From: a virus | Strand: one strand, 5' to 3' | IMG/VR virus record: IMGVR_UViG_3300009285_000015 | Span: 1-48,536 of that record | Length of the DNA: 48,536 nucleotides | Shown: in pieces, positions 30,666 through 39,131 of the stretch | Layout of the letters: every line of letters starts with the position of its first letter | Numbering within the stretch: the first letter of the stretch is position 1 | Position numbers and translations under genes: made by a program | The notes under the pieces: model-generated | Told to the model about the DNA's origin: nothing | The model's database searches: none | The model's input: the letters and a program-made list of their open reading frames with translations, nothing else

Positions 30666-30838
30666 TGATAGAGGTTTTTCCACCCAAAGCGTATCCCCAT
30701 ACTTGTCTTTTTAGGCGCGGGGTGAAGCATACTCATTTATACCCATGTGGTCATATTACAGCAGATACACAAAAAATCCTGTGTCAAGAGTGTACTAATC
30801 TTGAAGATCAAGTAGCTCCTTCATTAGTGCACCCCTAA
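30665..30838 (+). CDS. CGH miniprotein family member (57 aa), last gene of the rightward arm
   Basis: MIEVFPPKAYPHTCLFRRGVKHTHLYPCGHITADTQKILCQECTNLEDQVAPSLVHP. TAATG junction. It overlaps the convergent 1135-aa gene by 44 nt. Not in the ORF track. Confidence 0.6.
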   Translation: MIEVFPPKAYPHTCLFRRGVKHTHLYPCGHITADTQKILCQECTNLEDQVAPSLVHP

Positions 30839-33800
30839 GCTCTCTAGGGGTTTTCTTAATTCTCCTCTCTTCCTGTGGCACAGCAGCAGAGAGAAGAGCC
30901 GATCTAATAGATGCAGGGGATATTCTAGCTGAAATCCCATATTTCTTCTCAAATGCTTTTAATAAATCAAGTGCTTCTTTCTGTTTTCCTATAGCCATAA
31001 AGCGGGCTGCATTTCTTACAGTCTTATTTCTAGCTTCTATAATATCTACTTGTTCCCCACCTAGTTCACTCCTTGCTGCTCTCTCTGGAGACTGGAACCC
31101 TATTGCAGTCCTTAAGGGACCATATTCACTAGTTCCTTTCTCCAATAATCTTTCTTTCCCGGTAAATGGCTCTTTAGAGAATGCTTGCTTTAACGTAGCT
31201 GCTTCCCGTACTTCCCCCGGTGTTTGAGCTTCTGCATAAGCTCTTCTTAATCTATTTGCCATGACACCGCCAGGGAAGAAACGGGTAATACGTGTAGCTA
31301 ACTGTTCGGCAGTCATTGGCTCCCCAAAGCCAGGTCCTATACTATAATTTTTCCCCCAAGGAGCATCTGGAGAATTCTTATTTGCAAGATAACTACCTAC
31401 ACTGATACTATCCATCACATTTGCTAGGGCTGGTCCTGGAAGGAAGAAGAAAAGGGAGCGTAAATCTTCAACTGGAAGGACGCCCATTCCTAGTTGTCCT
31501 GCCAAATACATTCCCATAGAGGGGAAAAAGCCAGTTACTCTTAGTGTTTCCTCATTATCAGTGAAGAACTTGGAGATACTTTTGTCTAGTCCAAGTGTGG
31601 CGGCATCACTGCCAACTAGAGCAATGGTTGATCCAAAGAATTTACTCATCCTTTTAAATGGGATTCCCTGCATTTTCCTTAAATCTGCAATATCATCTAC
31701 TAGTAAGTTCTTCATAAAGAGCATTTGGTTGACCGGATAAGTCTTGAATTGACTTAATAGTTGCCCCGCTCCTTGCTCTCTGAATGTAGCAGGAAGTCCC
31801 TCTTTTCCAAATCTATATTGAGTTTCACTAGTTAATTTACGAGCATATGTTAATGCATCTTCTCCAATTAGTCCTCGCTTGGCTGCATCTCTTAGTCCAG
31901 TGAAAAAGGCATGTTGCCGCACCATAGTTTCAGACTTACTAAACATGAAACCTGCTTTTTGAAGCAGCCGAGCAGAAAGCTCAGTAAAGGGAGTTTGGGT
32001 TAAAGCGTCAATGTCAGCTTTTGCTAACTCTCCTACGATACCTTGTTGTTTAGCCATTAACCTCTTTGCAGGATCAAGCATGTCATTGAACGCTCCAAGC
32101 CATGATCCTACACTTGATTTGGCAAATGTATTTAGTGACTGAGTTAAGTTAAGCATAGCACTTAATGGGTTAAGGGCGAGTGTGCGAAGGAATTGCCACT
32201 TCTTCATTTCTGCTACTACCATTTCAGTGTTTGCCCCAAATGCACCTCCCCTAACTCCAGTTGGTACGCCAAGGAATTGATTAATCCATTTAGCATTATA
32301 TTGAAGAACTTCGCTATTATCTGGAAGGTTGGGGAGCTGGTTCTTTAGTTTGGACAGTGCACCTACTACTTGTTCTCCCGTGTATGGATTGATTCCTCCA
32401 CTTAGAGCTAACCGCCTACCAAACCCTCTAGCATAAGCAAGCATCGGTGCCATGCCTAAGTCAGTTGCAGCTAACTCAGTGGTGCGTTCTTTCATGAAGA
32501 AGGGGGTATAGTTTTTGGGAAGACTGCTTTCTACCCGGAGAGGAACATACAAGTTTCCCTCTACCAATTCAATCATCCCCCTAATGGGAATGTCTCTACC
32601 CCCCATGGTTACATATGCAGAGTCTACAGCTACAGTTTTCCGAAGACGAGTAAAATAGTCAAGAACTCTTTTCTCTTCGGGAATGCCTAGAAGGGCAAAT
32701 GCTTTATCATAGAGAACTCGTGCATTAGCAGCAACGGATTGTTCAGTGCCTGTTAAGGTAACTTTTTGTCCATCTAAGAATGCATTTACTTTCTCAATAC
32801 TACTGTGTTTCTTAGTGAGGGGTTTATAGATAGTATTGACATTCTCAACAAACCACCCCTCGAATGCTTTTGCATAATCTGCTGCTTCTTCTAGGGTATT
32901 TGCAATGGGTCCCATGCCAGGTATATTCCTAGCAAGGTCCCGTGGGTTTACTCCAAATATGCGTGGGGTTAATTGTTCTAGGCGTGTCTTGGCCTTGAAG
33001 ATAGTAAGATTAATACCGTCACCATCAAGGGCATCTACTGCATCTCTTAGTCCACTTGGGAGGCTATTTTTAGCTCTAGCACCTAGTTTAGCTGCTTCAC
33101 TTATTTGAATAGGTAATGCATCTGTTTCAATGATACCTGCTACTTTACCTGTTTTAGTAACAGCTTGATAACCACCTGCCTCTTTAATTAATGCTCCACC
33201 TAAGCCAGCTAGGACAGGCTTACTTCTGCCAATTCCTAAAAGAACCCCCGCTGTAGCCCCCCCTATGCCTGCTCCTATGAGTGCATTCCTCATCCTGTCC
33301 TCAGGAGATTCAGCAGTCAAACCACCAATTGCACCACCTACTGCTGCACCTGCTCCAATTGGGAGGAGTCCTGCACCAGTTTTACCTTTTTGCCCCCATA
33401 GCTGTCTGAATGCTTCAGCAGCCCCCTGTTCCCTACCCCATAGCTTCTCAAAGGCAGCATTAGCACTGCCAACTAGCTTAATACCTACATTGGGATATCT
33501 TTCCATCCTCCAATCAGGTCTAGCTAGGTTAAGTTCTAACTGTTCAGCTTCTAGTGACCCCTTTTGCATAGACAGTTGGAGTTCCCTAGAAGTTTGGGGC
33601 TTTGTTAATCCCTCAATTTTACCTAAAGCTGCTTTAGCTCTAAGTGCTCCTTCTTCAAAAGAGGGAGCTTTTGCTCCTATTCCACTTATGCCAGGGAGCG
33701 TTAATTGTCCACTTGCCTCAGCCATTGGAGCAGAAATGCTCATTTCCCCTGTAGTGGCCGGAATAGCCCCTTTTCCTGCCCTCAGTGACTTTAGTGCCCC

Positions 33801-34202
33801 TAGACCCTTAGCACCAAGGAATAGGTCCACTCCTAGCCTTGTTAGGCCCCCTAGAGACCCACTTCCAGTTATATCCTCAACAGTACTTCCAGCGAGGGCT
33901 CCGGGGATGCCTAGGACCCTTAAAGGAATATCTACTACCTTTCCAAGCTGGCTCCCAGTCAGTCCCTCTACCAAACCAGGCCCTTCAAAGCCAATTCTCT
34001 CTTTAAGTGTCCTTCCCGCCTTCTTTTCAGGCTCTATATTAAACTGTTTCTTTAATGACTCCTGTGCTACTGAAGATAGACTAGTATAATAAGTATCTTT
34101 GCTTAGGACTCTCTCAAAATACATCTGACGGGCAGTCCTCTGCTCATCAGGAGAGAGCTTTTGGTACTCAGGATCATTAAGGAGTTTAAGTGGGTTAAAC
34201 AT
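30795..34202 (-). CDS. Very large virion protein (internal core/ejection protein or tape-measure-like), 1135 aa
   Basis: It is the largest ORF and the last gene of the structural arm, following three other low-complexity virion-type proteins, as T7 gp16 does. Gly/Ala-rich TM-like segments are present. No SD precedes the ATG; the leader is AT-rich. Confidence 0.45.
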   Translation of the reverse strand: MFNPLKLLNDPEYQKLSPDEQRTARQMYFERVLSKDTYYTSLSSVAQESLKKQFNIEPEKKAGRTLKERIGFEGPGLVEGLTGSQLGKVVDIPLRVLGIPGALAGSTVEDITGSGSLGGLTRLGVDLFLGAKGLGALKSLRAGKGAIPATTGEMSISAPMAEASGQLTLPGISGIGAKAPSFEEGALRAKAALGKIEGLTKPQTSRELQLSMQKGSLEAEQLELNLARPDWRMERYPNVGIKLVGSANAAFEKLWGREQGAAEAFRQLWGQKGKTGAGLLPIGAGAAVGGAIGGLTAESPEDRMRNALIGAGIGGATAGVLLGIGRSKPVLAGLGGALIKEAGGYQAVTKTGKVAGIIETDALPIQISEAAKLGARAKNSLPSGLRDAVDALDGDGINLTIFKAKTRLEQLTPRIFGVNPRDLARNIPGMGPIANTLEEAADYAKAFEGWFVENVNTIYKPLTKKHSSIEKVNAFLDGQKVTLTGTEQSVAANARVLYDKAFALLGIPEEKRVLDYFTRLRKTVAVDSAYVTMGGRDIPIRGMIELVEGNLYVPLRVESSLPKNYTPFFMKERTTELAATDLGMAPMLAYARGFGRRLALSGGINPYTGEQVVGALSKLKNQLPNLPDNSEVLQYNAKWINQFLGVPTGVRGGAFGANTEMVVAEMKKWQFLRTLALNPLSAMLNLTQSLNTFAKSSVGSWLGAFNDMLDPAKRLMAKQQGIVGELAKADIDALTQTPFTELSARLLQKAGFMFSKSETMVRQHAFFTGLRDAAKRGLIGEDALTYARKLTSETQYRFGKEGLPATFREQGAGQLLSQFKTYPVNQMLFMKNLLVDDIADLRKMQGIPFKRMSKFFGSTIALVGSDAATLGLDKSISKFFTDNEETLRVTGFFPSMGMYLAGQLGMGVLPVEDLRSLFFFLPGPALANVMDSISVGSYLANKNSPDAPWGKNYSIGPGFGEPMTAEQLATRITRFFPGGVMANRLRRAYAEAQTPGEVREAATLKQAFSKEPFTGKERLLEKGTSEYGPLRTAIGFQSPERAARSELGGEQVDIIEARNKTVRNAARFMAIGKQKEALDLLKAFEKKYGISARISPASIRSALLSAAVPQEERRIKKTPRELRGALMKELLDLQD

Positions 34203-34224
34203 TATATATACTATATATATAGAG

Positions 34225-34258
34225 AATGCATTCTGTCAATGCATTGTGTGAATGCATT
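34225..34258. promoter_or_regulatory. Three copies of the 8-bp palindrome AATGCATT at 13-bp spacing, next to an alternating TA tract
   Basis: aatgcatt at 34225-34232, 34238-34245 and 34251-34258. The tract tatatatactatatatata lies at 34204-34222, directly upstream (on the minus strand) of the ATG at 34202. Confidence 0.55.
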
Positions 34259-35621
34259 AGAGACCACTTATGCCGCTTAATCCAGGCATAATCAATTCAG
34301 GTCTATAACCACGCATCTTTTCCCTTAACTTAGCTGCTGGGGAACCTGGCCTGAGATAGTCTCCTTCATCAAGTAGCTCTTCAATTATTTTACCTGGTTG
34401 CTTTGGAGGTACAGGTTTCTTTCCTTCAGCCTTCTTTCTAGCAGCCTCAATTGCATCTCGAACAGCCTTCTCTTGTGTAGGAGCCTCTTTGGCTTCTCTC
34501 TCAGCAGCCAGACTAGCATCGTTAATAGTCTTTATTAACAATGCCTTTGCAGTCTCCAATGCTAGTGCATTAGCCTGTGGATCATCTCGCATAATAACAA
34601 TAGAACTAGCTAAACTTTTAACCCTCGCACTTAAGGCATCAAACTCTTCTCTAGATGCTTTACGAACATTTAATTGTTTCTCTTGAGTTTTTAACTCAAA
34701 GAGAAGGTCTGCTGCTCTACCGGACTTTATTTTACCTTCCCTTTCAAGCTCCTCCATTTTCCTTATATCTTGGTAAATCTTATCTTGCTTAGCTAAGGGT
34801 GTTCCAGTATTCTCAAACATATAACTCTGCAAAAGAGCAGTCTCTCTATTAAATGCTCTATTAGCTTTAATAAACAAACTAGGATCAGTTCCCCCCTGTG
34901 CTATAGCCAAATTAGATTTAGCTTGCTCAGTGAGAGTAGCATTCTCAGCCCGCTTTCTAGCTTCTGTTGCAAGTACCAAGTCAGGATTATCAAGCTTATG
35001 AATAGATCGTAATAGTATAGGATTAGTCTGTGCAAGCTTTACATAATGGGGAGCTAATTGACCAATTTCAGGATCATTCGGCTTAGAAAGTGCCCAAGCA
35101 GCCAAGAAAGGTTGATCCTTGAGAAGCCTTTCTCTCTCAGGTCCCTTTACAGCAATACTCTCAATCTGCTCAGGAGTCCAATTACTAATACTTAAAGCAT
35201 TCTGTTCTTTGAGAGATTGGCGGATAAGTTCTATATTCCCTTGGGCTAACCCAGTATTCAACATATTCGTAGCTTGTATAGCTTTAAACTCTAACTGGCG
35301 TTGCTTCTCAGTTCTCTCATGTCTCTCCTTTTCCTCTTTCCTTTGTGTCTCCAGTGAAGCTTCTCTCCGTAAAGATAAAGAAAGATTTGCTTGGCTCAAC
35401 GCCTGAGTGAATGCAGTCTTTCTCTGCTCCATAGCTTGCTCAAGCACAGGATTAGCTCTTCCCTGTGTTCCAGCAGCAAAGCCAGATAACACTGTCCCAA
35501 GTTGGGATAGTGGGTTATTTGGAATAGTAGGTTGAGTAGATAACTCTTGCAACCTCTGGAGGATACTAGTCAACCCCTCATCAGAGCTAAGTATTTCTGG
35601 ACTGAGCATAGAGAGTGGCAT
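34257..35621 (-). CDS. Coiled-coil-rich virion/internal protein (454 aa)
   Basis: Long Glu/Lys/Gln/Ala-rich helical sequence. Its start overlaps the upstream stop. Confidence 0.45.
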   Translation of the reverse strand: MPLSMLSPEILSSDEGLTSILQRLQELSTQPTIPNNPLSQLGTVLSGFAAGTQGRANPVLEQAMEQRKTAFTQALSQANLSLSLRREASLETQRKEEKERHERTEKQRQLEFKAIQATNMLNTGLAQGNIELIRQSLKEQNALSISNWTPEQIESIAVKGPERERLLKDQPFLAAWALSKPNDPEIGQLAPHYVKLAQTNPILLRSIHKLDNPDLVLATEARKRAENATLTEQAKSNLAIAQGGTDPSLFIKANRAFNRETALLQSYMFENTGTPLAKQDKIYQDIRKMEELEREGKIKSGRAADLLFELKTQEKQLNVRKASREEFDALSARVKSLASSIVIMRDDPQANALALETAKALLIKTINDASLAAEREAKEAPTQEKAVRDAIEAARKKAEGKKPVPPKQPGKIIEELLDEGDYLRPGSPAAKLREKMRGYRPELIMPGLSGISGL

Positions 35622-37237
35622 TAATATAACCTATTTGGAGTACCGCTGAGAGCACCATAACCAGCCATTGCACCACCAATCCCGCCAAGGAGACTAGCTG
35701 TAGGAGCAAAAGCATTTAATAAACTGAAAGGTTGATTCTGTGTAGTAGTACTCCCTGCTCCGGCTTGTGCAGTACCAGATAGACCTGACAATCCACTTAA
35801 AGGAGCAGAAATTGCACGAAGGAAATCTAATTGATTTGTAATTCCTTGCTGACCGAACCCCCCAAGGGCTTGAAGGATATTTTGATTCAAATTAGAAAGG
35901 TTTAATCCCCCACCTAAGGCCACACTCATTGGAACAGTATACCCAGCGGCAGCATTCTGAACACCTTGATTTGCTCCTAACTGTTGCTGGAAGAGTTGAT
36001 TGGCTAAATTTCCTCCCTGCATGGGAAGAGATTGAGCCAAACCCAATTCTGCTTGTGCTTGCAGTCCTCCTAAAGCTCCTTGTTGACGCATGCCCTCTGC
36101 CCACATAGGAGCTAGAATAGTCCCAGGAGTTCCTTCTCTAAACACTTCATTCCCACCCGCAAACCCCTGCTGACGAGACCTTTCGAGTGCTTGCTGAAGA
36201 GATTGATCGAGGTATCTATTAATATCTTGTCGTCCAGGTTCAAAGGCTGCTGCAACCTGTGCCCGTAACATTGGGGAAAGTGCTGGAAGATTCCCCATTG
36301 CCATACCTTGAGCTTGCATACCAAGTGGCCCAGCAGCGGGGTTTTTAACTCCAAGAGCACCCAATGCCCCTAAGTCAAGCATTGACCCCTGTGCTTGTCC
36401 ATATCCCTGAACCTGCCCAGCTAATTGATTGAGAAGTGGATTTCCTCCAGGTGTACCGGGAGTTCCAGGTGTTCCTGTAGTTCTAAGATAGTCTTCTAGA
36501 GAGAGTTGCTGTCCTCCATAAGTGTTGTTAACATTTTTAGCATAAGCATTAGCCCATTCAGGCGTCTGTTGAGTTCCTGGTGTCCCAAGAGTACCCGGTT
36601 GCTGGGCAAGGAATGGATTCATGCCTTGTTGGCCAAGAAGTCCTTGCAAACTTGCCATACTCGCGCCCTGTTGATAAGGAGCCATGCCTTGTAATTGCCC
36701 AGCCAACCCTCCCCCTTGTCCACCAAATCCAAACTGTTGAGCGCCCTGGAATCCTTGAAGAGCAGCTTGCCCTGCTTGTCCAGCTAAAGGAGACTGACTG
36801 GGTTGAGTAATCTGTTTAGTAGTAGTTCCCCCACCTGTCATTCCTTGGATGAGTCCAGCAAGTCCTAAGAGTGAGGGGAGAGCAACGGCACCTCCTGCCA
36901 ACCATGGAGAAAGTGCTGATTGCTGTTGAGGAGACATTCGGGCAATTTGAAGCTGAAGAAGCTGGCGCTGTAACTCTTCCGTGGTAGGAGAAGAAGTTGG
37001 ACCTGTAAATGGCTGTTCCCCCCCCTGCCATGCCAAACCAGCATCTCGCTGTTGAGCAATCCATGCATCTGAGAGTTGGGGGTCAGCATAGATTTGACTA
37101 AGAGAGTATGTTTCTCCAGTTTGGTTGTCTAAAAAGAATTGGTCCCCACCGGAAAATGCACCAGCACCTAAGCTTGGGTCATAGCCCCAATCACTATATG
37201 TGCCCCAATCTTCTGGATCAATATCATATTCAGCCAT
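35621..37237 (-). CDS. Gly/Gln/Ala/Pro-rich low-complexity virion protein (538 aa)
   Basis: Contains GTPGTPGTPGG and repeated QG/GQ/AG runs. It lies in the internal-protein block. Confidence 0.45.
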   Translation of the reverse strand: MAEYDIDPEDWGTYSDWGYDPSLGAGAFSGGDQFFLDNQTGETYSLSQIYADPQLSDAWIAQQRDAGLAWQGGEQPFTGPTSSPTTEELQRQLLQLQIARMSPQQQSALSPWLAGGAVALPSLLGLAGLIQGMTGGGTTTKQITQPSQSPLAGQAGQAALQGFQGAQQFGFGGQGGGLAGQLQGMAPYQQGASMASLQGLLGQQGMNPFLAQQPGTLGTPGTQQTPEWANAYAKNVNNTYGGQQLSLEDYLRTTGTPGTPGTPGGNPLLNQLAGQVQGYGQAQGSMLDLGALGALGVKNPAAGPLGMQAQGMAMGNLPALSPMLRAQVAAAFEPGRQDINRYLDQSLQQALERSRQQGFAGGNEVFREGTPGTILAPMWAEGMRQQGALGGLQAQAELGLAQSLPMQGGNLANQLFQQQLGANQGVQNAAAGYTVPMSVALGGGLNLSNLNQNILQALGGFGQQGITNQLDFLRAISAPLSGLSGLSGTAQAGAGSTTTQNQPFSLLNAFAPTASLLGGIGGAMAGYGALSGTPNRLY

Positions 37238-37246
37238 ATTTAGTCC

Positions 37247-38587
37247 TTATAACTGTGGAAGATACTTCGCTGCATATTGCCACGTCCCAGGAATCTCTTC
37301 GGGGGGTTGATTAAATGCTGCATTTCCAGCAACCATTCGTTCAGCAGTAGCACGATCAATTAACTCTCCAGGTGGACGGAAAGCAAGATTAAGTGTTTGG
37401 TGTCCTACATTACCGCCCATCAATCCTCGAATAGCGTCTTCTCTAGAATAGCTGGGACCACCTGCTGGAGCATATTGTTGATTGAGTTGCGAGATTGCTT
37501 GAAGATAATCATTAGCTCGTTGCTGAGGTTGGTATGCTTGAGGTGTAGGTTGGAATAAACCAGCAGTATCCAATCCAGGACTCAACCCAGCTAACTGTCT
37601 ACGATACCAATCTGTCAAGAGATAATTATCTATAGCAGCCCCACTCTCTCCTGACTGAATCTGTATATTCCCAATAAACTGTCTAAGAGCTTGCGGGTCT
37701 CCTTGTGCAGCTTGTTGAACTAACTGAGCATATAAAGGATTCGTAGGAGTAGATTGTACTCCACCTTTACCACCTGAGAGTGTAGTCCCACCAGGACCGG
37801 GAAGATAAAATTGAAGCTCTCCGTGTGGAGAAAGGTTAGGTCCAGCTAGTGCCATTCCTAACAGTTGATTAGGATCAGTTGCCCCCTTAATGCCCCCCTG
37901 TAATGCATTAGCTCCCTGCATACCCCTAAATTGGCTTATTTGTGATGCCAAATTATCTGCACTGGAGAATTGATTACCCCGACCAAAGGGAAGCTTCGTC
38001 TGGCCAAACATTCCTTCACCAAGTCCAAAGTTGGTGAGCAATTCTACAATCTTTGCTGGAAGGGTTACTGCCGCAAACATGGGATTTACATAGGGGAGCA
38101 TACTCATTGCTGCATCAACTGCCATACGATCCCCTGCTTGATTCCCTTGAGAAAGTCCATAACCCATTCCCGCTAAGCTCGCCGCAGCACCAAGAGCACT
38201 TCCACCCATTGAAAGCGCACCGCCCATTGCTGCATCCGCCACTGGATAAGCAGCCCCAGCAGCACTACTTAACTGGCCAACTCCTGAAGTTATTCCTAAT
38301 GCACCAGGAACTGTTTGTCCACGGGAGAGTCCATAAATACCTTGTCCAAGGGAAGCTGCTCCACCTAATGCTTGTGCTCCTGTACCCAATGAACGATTCC
38401 CTGCAAGCCCTGCTCCAATTTGTGTGAACCTCGCACCAAGTTTACTGGCAGTAAGCCCTGTACTTATATTAGATGGTCCCTTTGGCATTGCAGAAGTCTG
38501 CCCACTTGTAGCTCCACTAAGTGCAGGCGTGAATCTGCCTGTGGGCGGTGCTGTGGGAGATTGAACTGGAGTAAATCTATTTGGCAT
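37247..38587 (-). CDS. Gly/Ala/Gln-rich low-complexity virion protein (446 aa)
   Basis: Long G/A/S/Q-rich N-terminal half. It lies in the internal-protein block. Confidence 0.45.
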   Translation of the reverse strand: MPNRFTPVQSPTAPPTGRFTPALSGATSGQTSAMPKGPSNISTGLTASKLGARFTQIGAGLAGNRSLGTGAQALGGAASLGQGIYGLSRGQTVPGALGITSGVGQLSSAAGAAYPVADAAMGGALSMGGSALGAAASLAGMGYGLSQGNQAGDRMAVDAAMSMLPYVNPMFAAVTLPAKIVELLTNFGLGEGMFGQTKLPFGRGNQFSSADNLASQISQFRGMQGANALQGGIKGATDPNQLLGMALAGPNLSPHGELQFYLPGPGGTTLSGGKGGVQSTPTNPLYAQLVQQAAQGDPQALRQFIGNIQIQSGESGAAIDNYLLTDWYRRQLAGLSPGLDTAGLFQPTPQAYQPQQRANDYLQAISQLNQQYAPAGGPSYSREDAIRGLMGGNVGHQTLNLAFRPPGELIDRATAERMVAGNAAFNQPPEEIPGTWQYAAKYLPQL

Positions 38588-38667
38588 TATTTAAGTAGCA
38601 CAGCAACTATAACTGTTAGAATAAGTAATCCAATATATAAGGTAGTAAACCAAGCCTCTAATTTCAT
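38587..38667 (-). CDS. 26-aa hydrophobic peptide (MKLEAWFTTLYIGLLILTVIVAVLLK)
   Basis: Its ATG overlaps the upstream TGA (ATGA) and its TAA overlaps the downstream ATG (TAATG). It fills an otherwise empty 76-nt gap. Confidence 0.3.
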   Translation of the reverse strand: MKLEAWFTTLYIGLLILTVIVAVLLK

Positions 38668-39131
38668 ACAGGCCACGTAGGTTCATAAGTTGCAAGGCCA
38701 TCCACTAACTGTATCATTGCAAGCTCCGTTTCTACAGTAACAGGAAGATCACGAAGGGCTTGCCGTTTCCCCCGTAAAACCATTACTTCAGCAGGCGTCC
38801 CAGTATCTTGGGCTCGTGCCATTTGTCCATCCGATATAGCAAGTCGTTTATCTCGTTCGGTTCTAATCTCACTCATTCGCTGTTCACGTGCCAGCGGGAG
38901 ATCAACAACCGGGGGGGTAGTCCCTACTTGCCGCCAGCAATTACGGAAGCGCCGGGAGGTGGGAATGTTGATCACGTCACAGATTTTTACATTAATCGCG
39001 TCGGCTGGAACAGCTTTGACCTGAACCGCAGCCAGTGCCTCTTGCTCGGTCGGGAACTGCGCGACAAACTCTGGTGCGGGGCAGACGACACTTACCCCAC
39101 CATCCGGTCTGGTGTAGACGATCCTTTTCAT
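38664..39131 (-). CDS. Putative tail-fibre assembly/chaperone-like protein (155 aa)
   Basis: It lies immediately downstream of a fibre-like gene. RTERDKRLAISDGQM...LRGKRQALRDLP resembles tail assembly chaperone segments (from memory). It is GC-rich like the 3' end of the fibre gene. Confidence 0.35.
   Translation of the reverse strand: MKRIVYTRPDGGVSVVCPAPEFVAQFPTEQEALAAVQVKAVPADAINVKICDVINIPTSRRFRNCWRQVGTTPPVVDLPLAREQRMSEIRTERDKRLAISDGQMARAQDTGTPAEVMVLRGKRQALRDLPVTVETELAMIQLVDGLATYEPTWPV

Noticed and set aside
15924-30838. Calling the CGH miniproteins bona fide RING fingers or a DNA-level repeat (MITE-like element)
   Set aside because: The N-terminal CxxC pair and the canonical H-x2-C-x2-C spacing of RING domains are missing, so only a superficial LPCGH resemblance remains. 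A DNA repeat is excluded because the copies share no extended nucleotide identity and the CGH codons vary synonymously.
12695-30838. Single-subunit (T7-like) RNA polymerase, primase, integrase or repressor module
   Set aside because: I looked for large ORFs or motifs consistent with these and found none. The largest plus-strand ORF is the family-A DNA polymerase. Their absence is noted but cannot be proven without profile searches.
33265-34089. 274-aa plus-strand ORF (Pro/Ser/Ala-rich) inside the 1135-aa gene, and similar antisense ORFs at 45515..46174, 44856..45209, 39176..39613, 23144..23797 and 12656..13033
   Set aside because: All lie antisense or out of frame within longer ORFs that fit the operon structure. 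Their low-complexity Pro/Ser/Cys-rich translations are what reverse frames of Gly/Ala-rich or GC-rich genes produce.
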